Positions 63,123 through 64,000 of a stretch of 64,000 nt of DNA are shown one piece after another (the stretch's first letter is position 1; each line of letters starts with the position of its first letter). Made by a program: the position numbers and the translations under genes. Location: the NCBI RefSeq assembly GCF_024521635.1, contig NW_026250443.1:1-64000 (forward strand), in the 5' to 3' direction. The notes under the pieces were generated by a model that ran no database searches, was not told where the DNA came from, and saw only the letters and a program-made list of their open reading frames with translations. The stretch is from Tricharina praecox. Taxonomy: Eukaryota.

Positions 63123-64000
63123 ACAGCGCAAAAATCGTCAACTGTCAATTGTCAGAACACCCTTCTCCACGCAAAGGTAGCGAGCATGTGTTGTTTTCTT
63201 TGTTTTCGTCAAGTTTGGGAACGGTGTTTTGATTTGGGTTCGGTTTAAAATAAATGGGGGGTGTCATGCGATCATGCGAGCACTTTAGTTTCTTCATTTC
63301 TGAACATAGATGGTGTATTACTTTTCGAATAGACTGTTGATCTCTTCGAATACCCTCGTAGACTGTTGGGAGATGATCTTGATGGTGATTGTACGTCTTT
63401 GTAGTGCGCGAGGGTGACTTGATCAATGGCTCCGGCAATGTAGGCAGAGATCAACCACCATAACGGATCAATTACTGGATGCCACTGGATTTATCGCCAG
63501 TCCGTCCGTCAAATGTCATGTCCACTCACTCGTGCCCAATCGCTCTGCCAAGACTGGTAACGGTCTCCGAATCTTAATTTTATTACGTAACACGACCGCA
63601 TTCTTACTGCCCAGCTGTCACTGCCAGTCAGTACTTTTTTCCATTCAAATCCAAGAACCTTCGCTTCCCAGGCTCAAGCCACACTTCCTCGCCACAATTA
63701 GTCAGGTCCATTCAGACTCTTGAGTCTTAGCGCTTATCCCACATGAGCGACTACTTTGTATAAGATACGGTAGCCGAGCTCATGATCTGACATAGGTAAA
63801 TTCGATGGTGTCAGGAGGGGTGCAACCACCACTTTAATTAACACCCCTACACGACGACGAGGCGGTCAACGACCGACCGAACGACCGACCGACCGACCGA
63901 CCGACCGCTAACCAACTGCTCCCCCGCCCCTCGCCCCCACCAACGTTCACCACGCCACCGCGCAACCCACAAAAACCCACGACTCCAGTTCACCCCACGG

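Overview
Intron-containing fungal (filamentous ascomycete, plausibly Pezizomycetes; inference) genomic DNA. The left ~26 kb is accessory-like. It holds a decayed hAT transposase and a tandem family of three paralogous secreted genes built from ~84-aa four-cysteine modules separated by Kex2-type KR|Q sites (4852-9331). It also holds a retroelement graveyard carrying captured host-gene fragments (mitochondrial PheRS, NAPE-PLD), a P450, a secreted intradiol-dioxygenase-like gene, two 5'-truncated genes fused head-to-head, and a GFA gene. The rest contains a GH5 EGCrP-type glycolipid hydrolase, a class II peroxidase, a DHCR7-type sterol delta7-reductase, an MFS transporter, a CCHC zinc-knuckle protein and two long repeat-rich intergenic regions. 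Best candidate for an undescribed system: the KR-processed Cys-module family. Its members share upstream CGG-rich motifs, and its three-module member has an in-frame TAG (8645) whose 30-nt context is otherwise identical to a TGG-containing sister repeat (9152), compatible with A-to-I stop-codon correction or with RIP-like decay. All translations and splice calls were made by eye; no database searches were run.
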